Notes under the pieces: generated by a model
The model's input: the letters and a program-made list of their open reading frames with translations, nothing else
Told to the model about the DNA's origin: nothing
The model's database searches: none
Shown: piece after piece, positions 36,287 through 50,191 of the stretch
How the letters are laid out: each line of letters begins with the position of its first letter
Numbering within the stretch: the stretch's first letter is position 1
Made by a program: the position numbers and the translations under genes
Assembly: GCF_035084215.1 (NCBI RefSeq)
Contig: NC_090339.1
Location: 47,988,001-48,052,000, forward strand
Reading direction: 5' to 3'
Length of the DNA: 64,000 nucleotides
DNA from: Heptranchias perlo
Lineage: Eukaryota

Positions 36287-39200
36287 TATAAGAATATTGG
36301 TAATAGAAACAATTTGACATCATTTTCTTAACGTTATTAACCATCATGCTAGATGAGTGAACAAGCTGACCACTTTGAGTTCTGTGAAAAACAACCGTGT
36401 AAATTTATACGGGTCTTGTGAATAACAACTCTGTATATGGTGAGAGGATCCAGACGGGGAGCCATAAAAACCCAATATCTCCTCAGCTCAGGGCAGAGGA
36501 TCCAGAGAAGTCCTCCCAGCTGTCAGAAGGACACCTAGCCATCAGAAGTTTACCCAGCTGTCAGAAAACTCGAAACCACCATGCCGCCAACTTAATTACG
36601 AACTCTACCCAGAGTTCAAACAGGGTAATATTGTTTTAATCTTTATTATTACAGTCTTCTAATATTGGGTACTTTTACATGATTTATTAATAGTCAAATC
36701 AATGAGACTTGGATTACCATTTGGCGTCACATCTGTTACAAATGTTGACCAAGGCAGGACGTGACCAATGTTCCATGTTGACATAAAATTAGACATCTAA
36801 AAGTAATATATGTTTGGAAATCGACAGACTTCATTTGATCACAAAAGACACGATTTGTTCAAATTCTGGAAGTGAGCTTTAGTATAATTGATCGTGGCAA
36901 GTGGCCACGAAATGTCAGAAAAGAAACTGAAAAAGAAACTAAAAGTGATCCGAGGAACCCTTAGAATTGATCTCCAACATTGTAGAGAAGGATGAGGCTT
37001 ATGAGACAGCCATAGAATGGGTCGAGGATCAAGTTCAAATTGAAAAGATGAAGGTGAGAATTGGTAAAAAAAAAGGACCATTATGTGTACGGCCAACTTG
37101 TGTGCACTTAAGAGCAATTAACAATTAATAGTAGAAAATAGGAAACAGTCAGATGGAAGAGAGAGATTGAAGGAACGTCTAACTGATGTCATTCCAATGT
37201 TGGAAAGTTCACAATTGGAGGCTAAAACTGTGACCATACAGGGACTACAGAGTCAGAAAATATTACAAGAGGGAGATAGACTCAAGGATAATTATGTAGA
37301 AGTATGCACGAGTTTAGTGCCATTTCTCACTTATAGTAGAGTGATGTTGGAGGTAACAGATAAAAAGATTATAAAGATAAGCAGCGGAAAGAGGTGTGTT
37401 TGTTAGCTGCTACAATAAGTTGTACTCAGTTGAGGGAGCGTAATGAGAAACTAGAAAGAGAGAAGTCAGAAGCACAGGCAAAGATAGCTGTTTTAGAAGT
37501 TGCCCTGAAAAAGGCATGAGATCAATGGGAAGAGCAAAAAAAAATATTCCAGTGTGGTAGGAGAATTCAGAGCCTGGAATGTGATGTAGAATATTACCAG
37601 TCAGAAGTAGTTGAGCAAAGAAGACGTAAAAGAGAAATTGAGAACATAAATCGGGAAACCCAGGTCAGGTGTTCTTGGTTAAAGCAACAGAATAATGATT
37701 TGCATGCCATTGTAAGTGTGCTGGATGTAATAATCCAAGAGGATAAAAAAGGAGACAGTGTCCCATGTTGAATGTCAGAAACAGATACAACAGCTCCAAC
37801 AACAGTTGAGAGTTAAGAGAGTATAATATTTATAATGACCCAAGGCGGTGGTGATGGAGACGAGGTAGACGGGGAAGAGCTGGCATAGAAGGCTGCGAAC
37901 TATCACTCCCCAGAAAATACAGTGACACAAGGAGCCAATGATGAGAATAAAGTAGATGGTGAAGGCTTAGATGAGGAAGTAGAAATGAAAGTCGCAGAAG
38001 TCAAAGGTGCACTTAAGCAACTCCAAAGTGTGTTATAGGATATGAAACCAGAAGGGAGTGCCAGTTTCAGAAGTTCTGGAAAGTTAACCAGGAAAGTCAC
38101 TGGAACTCTCAATCTGGGTCCCCATTACCCCCTTCTCATCCATACTCTACGTCACTATACCCCTTCCTTCCACTAATGGAAAAAATGTTTAAACAGGAGT
38201 GTCAATACAAGCCTGATAAATGATCTTTCCCACATGAGATTTTAAAATCAGTACAAAATTGAGTTAAGTAGGAAACATCAGAGATTTAAAATTCAGATGA
38301 GAGATAAAGGTTAGATTGATTTAAAACAGGGGGAAAAAGGTGAAAAGGGAAGATTCCGTCTCTGCTACAGTTACAAGCTACTGGATTTTTCTTTAGTTTT
38401 TAGTGTAGTGTCTGTTTAAGTGTGTTGCACTCTGCAGCATGCAGGCTTCTTTTTCACAAAACTGAAGCAGTGTTCACCCTTTGTAGTCCCAGTCATTTTT
38501 GTGTGTGTGTGTTAGTTATTCAGTCCTTCTGTTTATCAAATTATGAAACTGGTTTTCTGTGGATAGCCACAACAGTTAGTAATGCAAATTATGTGAATAA
38601 GTCCCTAGGAGTACAACTTGGGATTATCATGTAAAATTTGGAATTTTCAGGAGTTCATAATCCATTAATCAATATTTTTAAAGTGCATGAAAGCATGAAT
38701 ATGGTTGTTCAGTATGTCCATTTCATTTTAAGATTATGTCCCCAGAATATAGGAGATTTGAGGGGAATTTTTGTGCTTTATATTTTAAATTAAAGACGAA
38801 TGGTATGGATTTAAAAGCACTGTTTCTTTAATTTGGTTACTGCAAATCGGAGAACTGCTATTGTGCTGACTGACACACCCCCCATCATCCTCCCACTAAC
38901 ATTTTCACAAGCAAGATGTAATTAACATTAACCCATACTTCTGTCTGCCAAATTGCAGTGACATGCTGCGTTAGGTTTTTTAAGTGCAAAGAAACCTTTT
39001 TCGCAAACCCACATGGGAAGGATCGTGTTTGATTGTACAGAAAGCAAATTCTTTAGTTTATCTAGTGCGATTAGACAATGGTAAGTCAGGCACCGATATG
39101 GCAAAGACTGTGGGAGGTGGGTCGGAGATTGTGGGGGGGGGGGGGGGTGTTTGGCCAATCACGTGTGGGATTGCAGCAGGTGAGCTTGTTAGGCATGGAG

Positions 39201-40426
39201 GAAGCACTCCTGCTCCTCCGGGCCCATAAACAGTGCAATAAAGGCACGGACCTGCTGAGTCAGGTCTTCTCGCCTTCTCTTACGTGGCATGAAGCAGAAG
39301 GCCCGGGAATCCCTGCCCCAGGAGTCAAAAATAAAAAACCTGTCAAAATGGAGGTCCACAGCCTCCTTGAAAGGCTTTACTTTCCAACCCGTCTCCTGAG
39401 AGTGGGTTGGTCGCCCGCCCCTCGACCCGCCTCCGTTTAAACAGGAAGTGGGCGGGTTGGGTTCAGGTTTAACTTTTTACCTTCCCAACCGTCCCCAACC
39501 CCCACCCGTTCATGGTGTTAAAATTTACCCCAATATATCCAATTTGGCAGTTAACATTTCACTTTACACCAACCAGAATTACTAAATTGGGGCTAAGATA
39601 TTGGTGCATGTTTTGGCCCACAATGTTACAAAAATGCAAGTAAACGTTACCCTCCAGACAAAGCTTACAAGTGGTTGTAAACTTTAGCTGCCAAAGCATT
39701 ATGTGTACTTAAGCGTGCTATCAAGAACTTTAGATGGAGGCAGGGCCACTTAGCACTGACAGCCTTATTGAAGGATAGATGAGAGATCGAAACCCTTAGG
39801 GTTTTCTCAAATTCAAGGTGGGGAATCTATAAGAATATTTGGATTAGGGACAAATTGATATCATTTTCTTAACGCTATTAACCATCATGCTCTGCAGGCT
39901 GTGCTGCTTATTTTGCTGAATTGTAAAATACTGACCTTTGACGAATGACTGAACCTTGTCACCCTCTTTGTGAGGCAAGGCAGCTATGTGATCGAAAGAG
40001 AAACAATGATCCAAAGATAGTAATAAGAATGGGACAACGGCGAGGCAGCTAGATGAGTAAACATGCTGACCACCTTGAGTTCTGTGAAAAACAACCTTGT
40101 AAATCTATACGGGTCTTGTGAATAGCAAATCCGTATATGGTGTGAGGATCTGGCCTGGGGCCGTAAAAACCCAATGTCTCCTAAGCTCAGGGCAGAGGAT
40201 CAAGTGAAGGCCACCTAGCTGTCAGAAGGACACCTTGCCATCAGAAAACTCGAAACCACCATGCCACCAACTTAATTACGAACTCTGCCCAGAGATCTAA
40301 CAGGGTAATATTGTTTTAATCTCTATTATTACTGACTTCTAATATTGGGTACTTTTACATGTTTGATTTGACTATTAATAAATGAGACACTGATTACCAT
40401 TTGGAGTCACGTCTGAATCTGTTACA
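36287..40426 (+). mobile_element. Non-autonomous LTR retroelement / ERV-like relic with both LTRs (36287-36740 and 39828-40426)
   Basis: Direct repeats tataagaata...atctgttaca. Purine tract aaggtggggaa at 39815-39825. PBS-like tgttgaccaaggcaggac after the 5' LTR. gggg on both flanks. Decayed charged, coiled-coil-like ORF at 37167-38050 and no recognisable pol. Confidence 0.85.
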
Positions 40427-41119
40427 GGGGTCGGCCAATCGTGGGGGGGGTGGAGAGGTCAGCAGATTGCAGGGATGGAGAGATCATGGCAGAAGGTTTA
40501 CTTGAGGGACTGGGGGTGGGGGTGCGAGGAGAAAAGAGAGGGGCGAGCACTCCTGCTCCTCCTGATAAATGTAAATATGTGAAACTAATATGTTAAGATT
40601 GTAGAATCAATTCGCCAGTCACCTTGTGCAGGAGTTATCAAGTGCAATGCTGAGATTTAGGAAAAGATACAATTGTTATAATTTCTTGGAGTTAAAAACA
40701 AACTCAAACTTCAGGAGAGCAGCTCTGAGGCACCACTCACTAATTATTGAAGGAGTACTTCTGGTGCGTACAAACGTAACCGCTCTCCGGTGTATACTCA
40801 AGTGTGGCAGCCAAGGTACCAGATGTTGTAATTAGTGGAAACTGTCTTCAAACAAAAACATTTGATGCTTTTGTCAAAAGACAAGCTAATTAAATAGGCA
40901 TCTACCATTCCATTTGGGAATTCTAGTCTTACCTAGTTTCCTGGGATCTGACCATACATCCTTTTTAGTATTAGTCAGCTAAAAGTGGAGGCCTCACTAT
41001 CACACATGCAGGTTAGCAACTTTTTATCTTTTACCTGTCTATTGTACAGAAACTAAGATCAGGAGAATGCATTGGTGATGGATTGATTGGCATCTCCAAA
41101 ATAATGGAGTGCATAGCTT

Positions 41120-42365
41120 AACTTATGAACAGGAGTAGGCCATTCAGCCCCTCTAGCCTGTTCTGCCATTCATTTAGATAATGGCTGATCTGTACCTCAA
41201 GTCTATTTACCTGCATTGTTCCATATCCCTTGATACCCTTACCTAGCAAAGATCTATCTATCTTGGTCTTCCTCGATTTCCACTTCCTTTTGTGTGAAGA
41301 AGTGCTTCCTGATTTCACTCCTGAATGGCTTCGCTCTGATTTTAAGATTATGTCCCCTTGTTCTGGATTTCGTCACAAGAAATAGTTTCTACCTGATCCA
41401 ATCCTTTTACCATTTTAAACAAGTGGATTAGATCACCCCTCCATATTCTAAACAAGAGAATACAAGCCAAGTTTATGCAACCTGTACCCATATTTAACCC
41501 TTTAAGCCCTGATATCATTCTGGTGAATCCACAATGTACCCCCTCCAAGGCCAATATAAGTCTGGTCGGAAGGCAGATATATCTTTCCTGAGGTGTGCCG
41601 CCCATAATTGAATGTAGTACTCGAGATCAGACCTTACCAAGGCTCTGTACAACTGAAGCATAACTTCCTCCCTTTTGTATTCCAGCCTCCTTGAAATAAA
41701 GGCCAACTTCCATTAATTTTTCTGATTGCTTCTTGGACCTGTGTACTAGCTTTGATGATTTGTGTACATGGTCACCCAAATCTCTTTGCTCCTCCACAGT
41801 TCCTAGATTCTCACCATTTGGAAAATACTCTGACTTGTCATTCTCGGATCCAAAGTGGATGACCTCTCATTGAACTCCTATTTGTTATATATTGGATAGG
41901 CAGGTGGTGAAGGATAGAATACTAGAGCCTGGTCTCGAGTTGCTTCTAAGCCTTTATTCACAGAGCTCCACGTTACAGACACACACACACCACACCCTAG
42001 ATAAGCTCTCATATGGATCACAGACCCCCAATTGATACATACCACCTGAATACAATTAACACTAATTGATATAAATCACAGATACAATTAACACTATTTG
42101 CCACAGTTTTGCTCACTCACTTAATCAGTTTATGTCCCTTTTAACTTCCTGCACCTCCCAACTTAGTGTCATCTGCAAACTTCAATATACAACTCTCCAT
42201 TCCTTCATCGAAGTAATTGATAAACAAGGTTGCCTCCAATTCCGTGTGCTTTCATTTTTGCTAATGATCTCTTGTGCGGAATCTTATCAAATGCCTTCTG
42301 GAAATCCATACAGATAACATCCATAGACACTCCCTTATTAACCGTGTTAGTGACCTCCTCAAAAA
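41120..42365 (-). mobile_element. Degenerate CR1 interrupted by a solo LTR
   Basis: [29 protein letters not shown]. Confidence 0.88.
41883..42093 (-). mobile_element. Solo LTR (211 bp, Gypsy-like)
   Basis: TGTTA...TAACA termini, 5-bp TSD ctatt (41878-41882 and 42094-42098), AATAAA on the minus strand. Confidence 0.85.
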
Positions 42366-42742
42366 ACTGGGAAATATAGGACATTTTAAAATCAAGTCAC
42401 AGAGTCAGCTTTTTACCTAGGTATAGTATAGTATTACCATGGTGAAATTATAGCATTATGGTCTGGTTTCAGATCCTGACTATGGGCTCCAATTGAACAA
42501 GCAAGACAGTGAAATGCATCTTCAGGTCTCCACCGTGGCTTATACTGTTGCTTGGTTGAAAGGATGGACGATGTCCTGCTTCCAACCTTCTGCTAGCATG
42601 CTACTTTGTAATAAGCTGCTTACAGTTACATGACAAAAAGCATTGCCTTGCAAGTAGTTTTTTTCTGCCTCCCAACCAGACTAATTATAACTCAACCTGC
42701 AGTTATTCAGACATAAACTCATATCCTACGTTGTTCAATCCA

Positions 42743-45700
42743 ATAAGACCATAAGAGATAGGAGCAGGAGTAGGTTATTCAGTCTCTCAAGCCTGCTCCG
42801 CCATTTAGTGAGATCATGGCTGATCTGATTTTTACCTCAACTCCTCTTCCCACCCTTTCCCCATATCTTTTGACTCCCTTGCTGATGTCTAACTCAGCCT
42901 TGAATATATTCAATGACTCAGCCTCCACAGCTTTTTGGGGTAAAGAATTCCAAAGATTCACGACCCTCTGGGAGAAGAAATTCCTCCTCATTTCCGTCTT
43001 AAACGGGTGACCCCTTATTCTGAGACTATGCCCCCGAGTTTTAGATTCCCCCATGAGGGGGTAACATCCTCTCAGAATCTACCCTATCGAGTCCCCTCAG
43101 AATCTTGTATGTTTCCAGAAGATCTCCTCTCATTCTTCAAAACTCCAATGAGTACAGATTCAACCTGTTCAATCTTTCCTCATAAGACAATCCTTCCATA
43201 CCTGGAATCAACCTAGTGAACCTTCTCTGAACTGCCTCCAATGCAAGTATGTCCTTCCTTAAATAAGGGCACCAGAACTGTATGCAGTACTCCAGCTGTG
43301 GTCTCACCAGCACCCTGTACAGTTGCAGCATGACTTCCCTGCTTTTATACTCCATCCCCCTGGAAGTAAAAGGTCAATATTCCGTTTGCCTTCCGGATTA
43401 CCTGCTGCACCTGTATGTTGACTTTTTGTGTTTCATGAATGAGGACACCCAGATCCCTCTGTACCACAGCATTTTGTAGTATTTCTCCATTCAAATAATA
43501 TTTTGCTTTTTTATTTTTCCTCCCAAAGTGGATGACTTCACTTTTTCCCACATTATATTCCATCTGCCAAATTTTTGCCCATTCACTTAACCTGTCAATA
43601 TTCTTTTGCAGACACTTTGTGTCCTCATCGCAACTTGCTTTTCCACCTATCTTTGTATCATCAGCAAATTTGGCCACAAGACACACTGTTCCTTCATCCA
43701 AGTCATTGATATATATTGTAAATAGTTGAGGCCCCAACACTGAGCCCTGTGGCACCCCACTAGTTACAGATTGCCATTTTGAAAATGACCCTTTTATCCC
43801 GACTCTATGCTTTCTGTTAGTTAGCCAATCCTCTATCCATGCCAGTATATTACCCCCAACATCATGAGCTCTTATCTTGTGCAGTAATCTTATGTGGCAC
43901 CTTATCGAATGCCTTTTGGAAATCCAAATATACTGCATCCATTGGTTCCCCTTTATCCATCCTGCCCGTTAGTTCCTCAAAGAACTCTAATAAATTTGTC
44001 AGACATGATTTCCCCTTCATAAAACCATGTGGACTCTCCTTGATTGTATTGAGTCTCCAAATGTCCTGCTACTACTTCCTTAATGATGGATTCTAGCATT
44101 TTCCCAATGACAGGTGTTAGGCTAACTGGTCTATAGTTACCTGCTTTCTGTCTCACTCCCTTCTTGAATAGGGGTGTTACGTTTGCGGTTTTCCAATCTG
44201 CTGGGACCTTCCCAGAATCTAGTGAATTCTGGAAGATTACAACCAATGCATCCACTATCTCTGTAGCCACTTCCTTTAAGACCCTCGGATGCAAGCCATC
44301 AGGTCCAGGGGACTTGTCAGCCTTTAGACCCATTAGTTTACCTAGTACTTTTTCTCTAGTAATAGTGACTGCTTTTAGTTCCTCCCTCCCCTTTGCCCCT
44401 TGATTTTCTACTATTATTGGTACTATTAGTGTCTTCTACTGTGAAGACATACAAAATATCTGTCCAATTCCTCTGCCATTTCCTCGTTTTCCATTATTAT
44501 TTCCCCAGCCTCATCCTCTAAAGGGACCAATGTTTACTTTGGCTACCTTCCTTTTTATATACTTGTAGAAGCTTTTACTGTCAGTTTTTATATTTCTTGC
44601 TAGTTTACTCTCAATTTATTTTCTCCTTTATTATTCTTTTCGTCATCCTTTGCTGGTTTTTAAAGTTTTCCCAATCTTCAGGCTTACCAGTAATCTTTGC
44701 CATGTTGTATGCTTTTTCTTTTGACCTGATACCATCCTTGACTTCCTTAGTTAGCAATGGTTGGTTCACCCTTTTTGTGGAGTCTTTCCTCCTCAGAGAT
44801 ATTTTTTTTTTTGCGAGTCATAAAATATCTTTTTAAATGTTTGCCACTGCTTATCCACCATCATACCATCTAATCTGTTTACCCAGTCCACTTTAGCCAA
44901 TTCCACCCTCATTCCTTTATAATTTCCCTTATTTAAGTTTAATACAGTAGCTTCAGACCCAAGATCCTCGCTCTCAAACTGGATGCGAAATTCTATCATG
45001 TTATGATCACTGCTTCCCAAGGGATCCTTTACTTTGAGATCATTAATTAATCCTGTTTCATTACCCATTACCAGATCCAAAATGGCCTGTTCCCTGGTTG
45101 GTTCCCCGACGCATTGGTCTAAGAAACAGTCCCTAATACACTCTATGAACTCCTCCCTCAGGGCTATTTTTGCCAATTTGATTTGTCCAATCTATGTGAA
45201 AGTTAAAATCGCCCATGATTATTGCATTACCTTTTTTACAAGCCCCCCTTATTTCCTGATTAATATTTTGCCCTACAGTGTGGTTACTGTTAGGGGGCCT
45301 ATATACTACTCCCACCAGTGATTTCTTTCCCTTGCTATTTCTTACCTCTACCCAAATTGATTCGACATCTTGATCTTATGAGCCAAAATCATCTCACTAT
45401 TGTACCAATTTCATCCTTTATTAACAGAGCTACCCCATCACTTTTACCTTTTTTCCTATCCTTACGGAATGTTAAATAACCCTGAATATTTAGCTCCCAA
45501 CCTGGATCACATTGCAGCCATATCTCTGTAATGGCCACGAGATCATACCCATTTATTTCTATTTGTGCCATCAATTCTACTTTCTTATTACAAAAGCTGC
45601 GCGCACTCAGATAAAGAACCTTTAATTTTGTCTTTTTACCATTCTTTCCTACCCCGGCCTCATTTGCTAGTGCACTCTTATGTTTGTACTCAGTCCCTTC

Positions 45701-46090
45701 CTGACACACTCTGTTTATCATTACCCCCATCACTTTCCTGTACTACTTCCTTGTCTTTTCTCTATCAATTTAAACTTCGCCCTACCTGAGCCCTCCCCCC
45801 CGCCCCCCCGCTAACTGCTTAGATTAAAGCCTTCCCTACCGCCCTAGTTATTCGGTTTGCCAGAACACTGGTCCCAGCATGGTTCAGGTGAAGCCCGTCC
45901 CAACAAAACAGCTCCCTCTTTCCCCAGTACTGGTGCCAGTGCCCCGTGAATCGAAACTCACTTCTCCCACACCAATCTTTGAGCCACACATTCATCTCTC
46001 TGATCTGATTTACTCTGTGCCAATTTGCTTGTGGCTCAGGTAATAATCCGGAGATTATCACCTTTGTGGTTCTGCTTTTTAATTTAGTCC
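42743..46090 (-). mobile_element. Long CR1 LINE: 3' end of the esterase-type ORF1 plus APE-RT ORF2, frameshifted
   Basis: WHQYWG..FCWDGLHLN (ORF1); YDLVAITEIW, GVVYRPP, MGDFN, SDHN (APE); PQGSVLGP, KFADDTK (RT). Confidence 0.96.
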
Positions 46091-46255
46091 AACAGGAATA
46101 TCCACACAGTATTAGTTAAGTTATCTAACTCCGGTAGTTGAATTTCAAAAGAGAAAAAAGATTTGCTGTATAAAAAGATTGATTATCATTAGTTTAGCAC
46201 ACTCCCCACAATCAAATAGCCGTGCCAACACTCACTGTCTGGACTCACACAAGAA

Positions 46256-47612
46256 TGGTGGGTAAAATTTTGGAGTCTATTATTAAGGAGACAGTAGCGG
46301 AACATTTGGATAAACATAATTTAATAGGACAAAGTCAGTATGGCTTTATGAAGGGGAAGTCATGTCTGACAAATTTGCTCGAGTTCTTTGAGGACATAAC
46401 GTACAGGGTGGATAAAGGGGAACCAGTGGACGTAGTGTATTTAGACTTCCAGAAGGCATTCGACAAGGTTATTGCTCAAGATAAAGAATCACTGGATTGG
46501 GGGTAATATTCTGGCATGGGTGGAGGATTGGTTATCTAACAGGAAGCAGAGAGTTGGGATAAATGGTTCATTCTCGGACTGGCAACCAGTAGCCAGTGGT
46601 GTTCCGCAGGGGTCGGTGCTGGGTCCCCAACTCTTTACAATCTATGTTAACGATTTGGAGGAGGGGACCGAGTGTAACATATCAAAGTTTGCAGATGATA
46701 CAAAGATGGGAGGGAAAGTAGAGAGTGAGAAGGACATAAAAAACCTACAGGGGGATATAGACAGGCTGAGTGAGTGGGCGGAGATTTGGCAGATGCAATA
46801 CAATATTGGAAAATGTGAGGTTATGCACTTTGGCAGGAAAAATCAGAGAGCAAGTTATTATCTTAATGGCAAGAAACTGGAAAGTACTGCAGTACAAAGG
46901 GATCTGGGGGTCCTAGTGCAAGAAAATCAAAAAGTTAGTATGCAGGTGCAGCAGGTGATCAAGAAGGCCAACGGAATGTTGCCGTTTATTGCTAGGGGGA
47001 TAGAGTATAAAAACAGGGAGGTATTGCTGCAGTTATACAAGGTATTGGTGAGACCGCACCTGGAATACTGCATACAGTTTTCGTGTCCATACTTAAGAAA
47101 AGACATACTTGCTCTCAAGGCAGTACAAAGAAGGTTCACTCGGTTAATCCCGGGTATGGGGGGGTTGAGTGGATTTGGACTCTACTCATTGGAGTTCAGA
47201 AGAATGAGAGGCGATCTTATTGAAACATATAAGATTGTGAAGGGGCTTAATCGGGTGGATGCGGTAAGGATGTTCCCAAGGATGGGTGAAACTAGAACTA
47301 GGGGGCATAATCTTAGAATAAGGGGCTGCTCTTTCAAAACTGAGATGAGGAGAAACTTCTTCACTCAGAGGGTAGTAGGTCTGTGGAATTTGCTGCCCCA
47401 GGAAGCTACATCATTAAATAAATTTAAAACAGAAATAGACAGTTTCCTAGAAGTAAAGGGAATTATGGGTTACGGGGAGCGGGCAGGAAATTGGACATGA
47501 ATTTAGATTTGAGGTTAGGATCAGATCAGCCATGATCTTATTGAATGGCGGAGCAGGCTCAAGAGGCCGATTGGCCTACTCCTGCTCCTATTTCTTATGT
47601 TCTTATGTTCTT
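46256..47612 (+). mobile_element. Young 5'-truncated CR1 inserted in an old SINE
   Basis: 342-aa open RT segment; tail cttatgttcttatgttctt; aatg on both sides. Confidence 0.96.
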
Positions 47613-48454
47613 AATGACACTTGGATGAGGTACTAGGCCAACTACCCGTGAAACCATATAGCCCAGCGACAGTCATCACCTTTGGAAGAGAAGGAAGGAA
47701 ATTGGGGGAAGGGAAGAAGACATCACTCCTGTATCCCAAGTATTTTACCAGTTTTTTTTTGTATTATATTAGACGGACTGAAGTGAATTTTCCCCTGGTC
47801 AAAGCAACAAGACAACATTTATACTTCAGTGCAAAACTTAAATATTTTCCCCCCCTTTTCTCATCATGTTTATGAGAAGATGGGGGAGAAATATATAAGT
47901 TTTGCACTTGTGGGAAAATTTACCACCAGCATTAGGCAGGAGGGCATCTCATTCTGGAAAATGACAGGCGAGTGGGCAGTACAGATACACAAAGAAATCC
48001 ACCCTTCAACCACAGACATAAATATGATATTATTATATTGAAAATTAACATGGAAAACAAACCCGAACAGGATGGAGTTGGGAGTTATTTATTCAGTAAG
48101 ACACACAAAGAAGCAATTTTTTCCCTAATGCCATTGCAAAGAAGTAAGAACTGAGATCTGTAAATATGGGCGCACAGATAAAGAGACTCACTTAATCTGT
48201 ATTCAAACACAATAAACACACTTAACCTCTCTCACTTCAAGAGTTTAAAATCACATTTCTATAGCTTGATTTTTGCTTAGCATTTTTGAATTTTTGCATT
48301 AAAATAATATATTTTGGTTAATTCTAAAAACATTTTTAAACTTCATAATTGATGGATTTTAATCTAAAACCCAATATTGAGAAAATAGGTAATACCAGGC
48401 TTTATCAATATTCAACAGACCAGCCAAACTATTACTTTCCCAGAAACTCCTTCA

Positions 48455-49030
48455 ACAGTCGCTCTCCTCCCCTCACTGTGGTATTCGCCCCACTCAACTG
48501 CCTGCCTCCTGCAGATCAAAGATATATGTTCTCCAACTACTCCTTAGTTCACAGAGGCACTCTCCCCCTTCAACTCACCCACAGTTCAGAGACACTTGTT
48601 CCCTCTAACCCCCTCCCCCAAAGTTAACAAAGGCATTCTTCCTCCTCCAACTCTTCCCATTCCCAAAAACATTCTCCTCCTCCAACTTCTTCAGCTCAGA
48701 GACACTCTCCCCATTCAGCTGCTTCCAGTCCATTGAGATACTCTTTCCCATCCAATTCCACCCCCTTCCGCCAGCTCAGAGACATACTCACCCTCCAACT
48801 CTTTCCACAGTTCAGAGATAGCCCCCCCTCCAATTCTATCTCCCAAATCAAAGTAGCATTTTAACTGTCCAACAGCCCATCCAGTTCAGAGAGACAATCT
48901 CCCTCTCCCTTCCCAAACCCACCTTCCAGTACAGAGGCAATATCCCCTTTCAATTACCACTCTCACTTCATAGAGGCACTTTCCTTGTCCAGCACCCCCG
49001 CAATCTTCCCCTTCATCCTTCCCTCCAATT
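48455..49030. repeat. Degenerate C-rich minisatellite, period roughly 35-40 bp
   Basis: Recurrent agttcagagacactc / ccaactc motifs. Confidence 0.6.
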
Positions 49031-49964
49031 CACCGAAGCACTATACCTCCTTTAGTGCTCCTCACTATTGATGGTGACTGCAGCTCCTATGTGCGATTGA
49101 TGTTTTGTTCTAGGTTCAGCTTGTGCTGCAGGGAGATAGTCCTGATTCATCAGAAGACCAGGAATTCCCACTCTCAGTACAGTAACATCACAGAACAAAG
49201 CAGCAGTGACAGGTAAAAGCTACAACCAGACCATCAGGAAGAAGAACGTCAGGTAATGGAACATAGTAAATTTCAACTGCTGCAGCTCAAGCTGGTATTT
49301 CAACATTTGCCATTTCAACATTTGTTAAAACGCAAATGTTTGCAAAAACCTCTTACACTCGGCTCTGCCACTACTGCTCAGGAGTGGGGGCGGGGTGGGG
49401 GTGGAGTTGATAAATTCTAATTGACGTCAACATGTTCGGGCAATGCAACAGCTAGTACTGCACTGAAATACAACCCAGAGTTAAGCTCTGTGACAGACTG
49501 TGGTTCATCAAATTTCACTCTTATGAGCGACATATTCCAACGGTTATCTGTCTTAGTGACAGATTATATTTGTGAGTCATAATCCTGCGAGTCCTTGAAA
49601 GCCCCACTAAGAACAGGCCCATTTAGCTGATAAATGGATAAGAAGTGGATATCAGGCTGTTGAAATGTCAGAACCCAATAGCCCTGGGTGCATACCTCTC
49701 AACTCGATAATCAGAGACCAATTGGTATAAGACTTAGAGATGGTGTTAAGTTTCATCTTCCATATTAATTTTTTTGGCTTGCTGCACCAGAGATGATTAA
49801 AGAGAATGAATAATAAAAAAGGCTTGTGCTTTTAGGTACATTATGACTCTTTCCTTCATCTTATGTTATTTGTTCGATTTTCTTAATGGTTGGTATCAGA
49901 TAGATTGTAGCTAGCAAGAAGACATAACAGGAAGGCAAAGGAAGACACAAGCACTTTAACATGG

Positions 49965-50145
49965 AATAAAAACAGAAGATTTAAAAAAACACAGCAATTC
50001 CATCAGCATCCGAAAAAAATTGGCTGCTGTTTTGGGTAAGAGACCCTCAGTTTTGACAAAAGGGTCTTTGCCCGAAATGTTAACCTATCTTTTCTATCAG
50101 ACCTCCTGTTTATTTCCAGCATTCAGTATTTGCAGCTTTTTTATT
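49965..50145. mobile_element. Older fold-back Penelope-derived element of a different family with a decayed hammerhead; half-copy at 63300-63372
   Basis: ttttgggtaagagaccct versus agggtctttgcccgaaa; ttgacaaaaggg...cccgaaatgtt. Confidence 0.55.
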
Positions 50146-50191
50146 AATTAATGTCAAGTGGTTTGTTTCACAATTCCCACTCAGCGTGCAC

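Noticed and set aside
46472-47500. 342-aa ORF as a host gene
   Set aside because: It is the RT portion of a 5'-truncated CR1.
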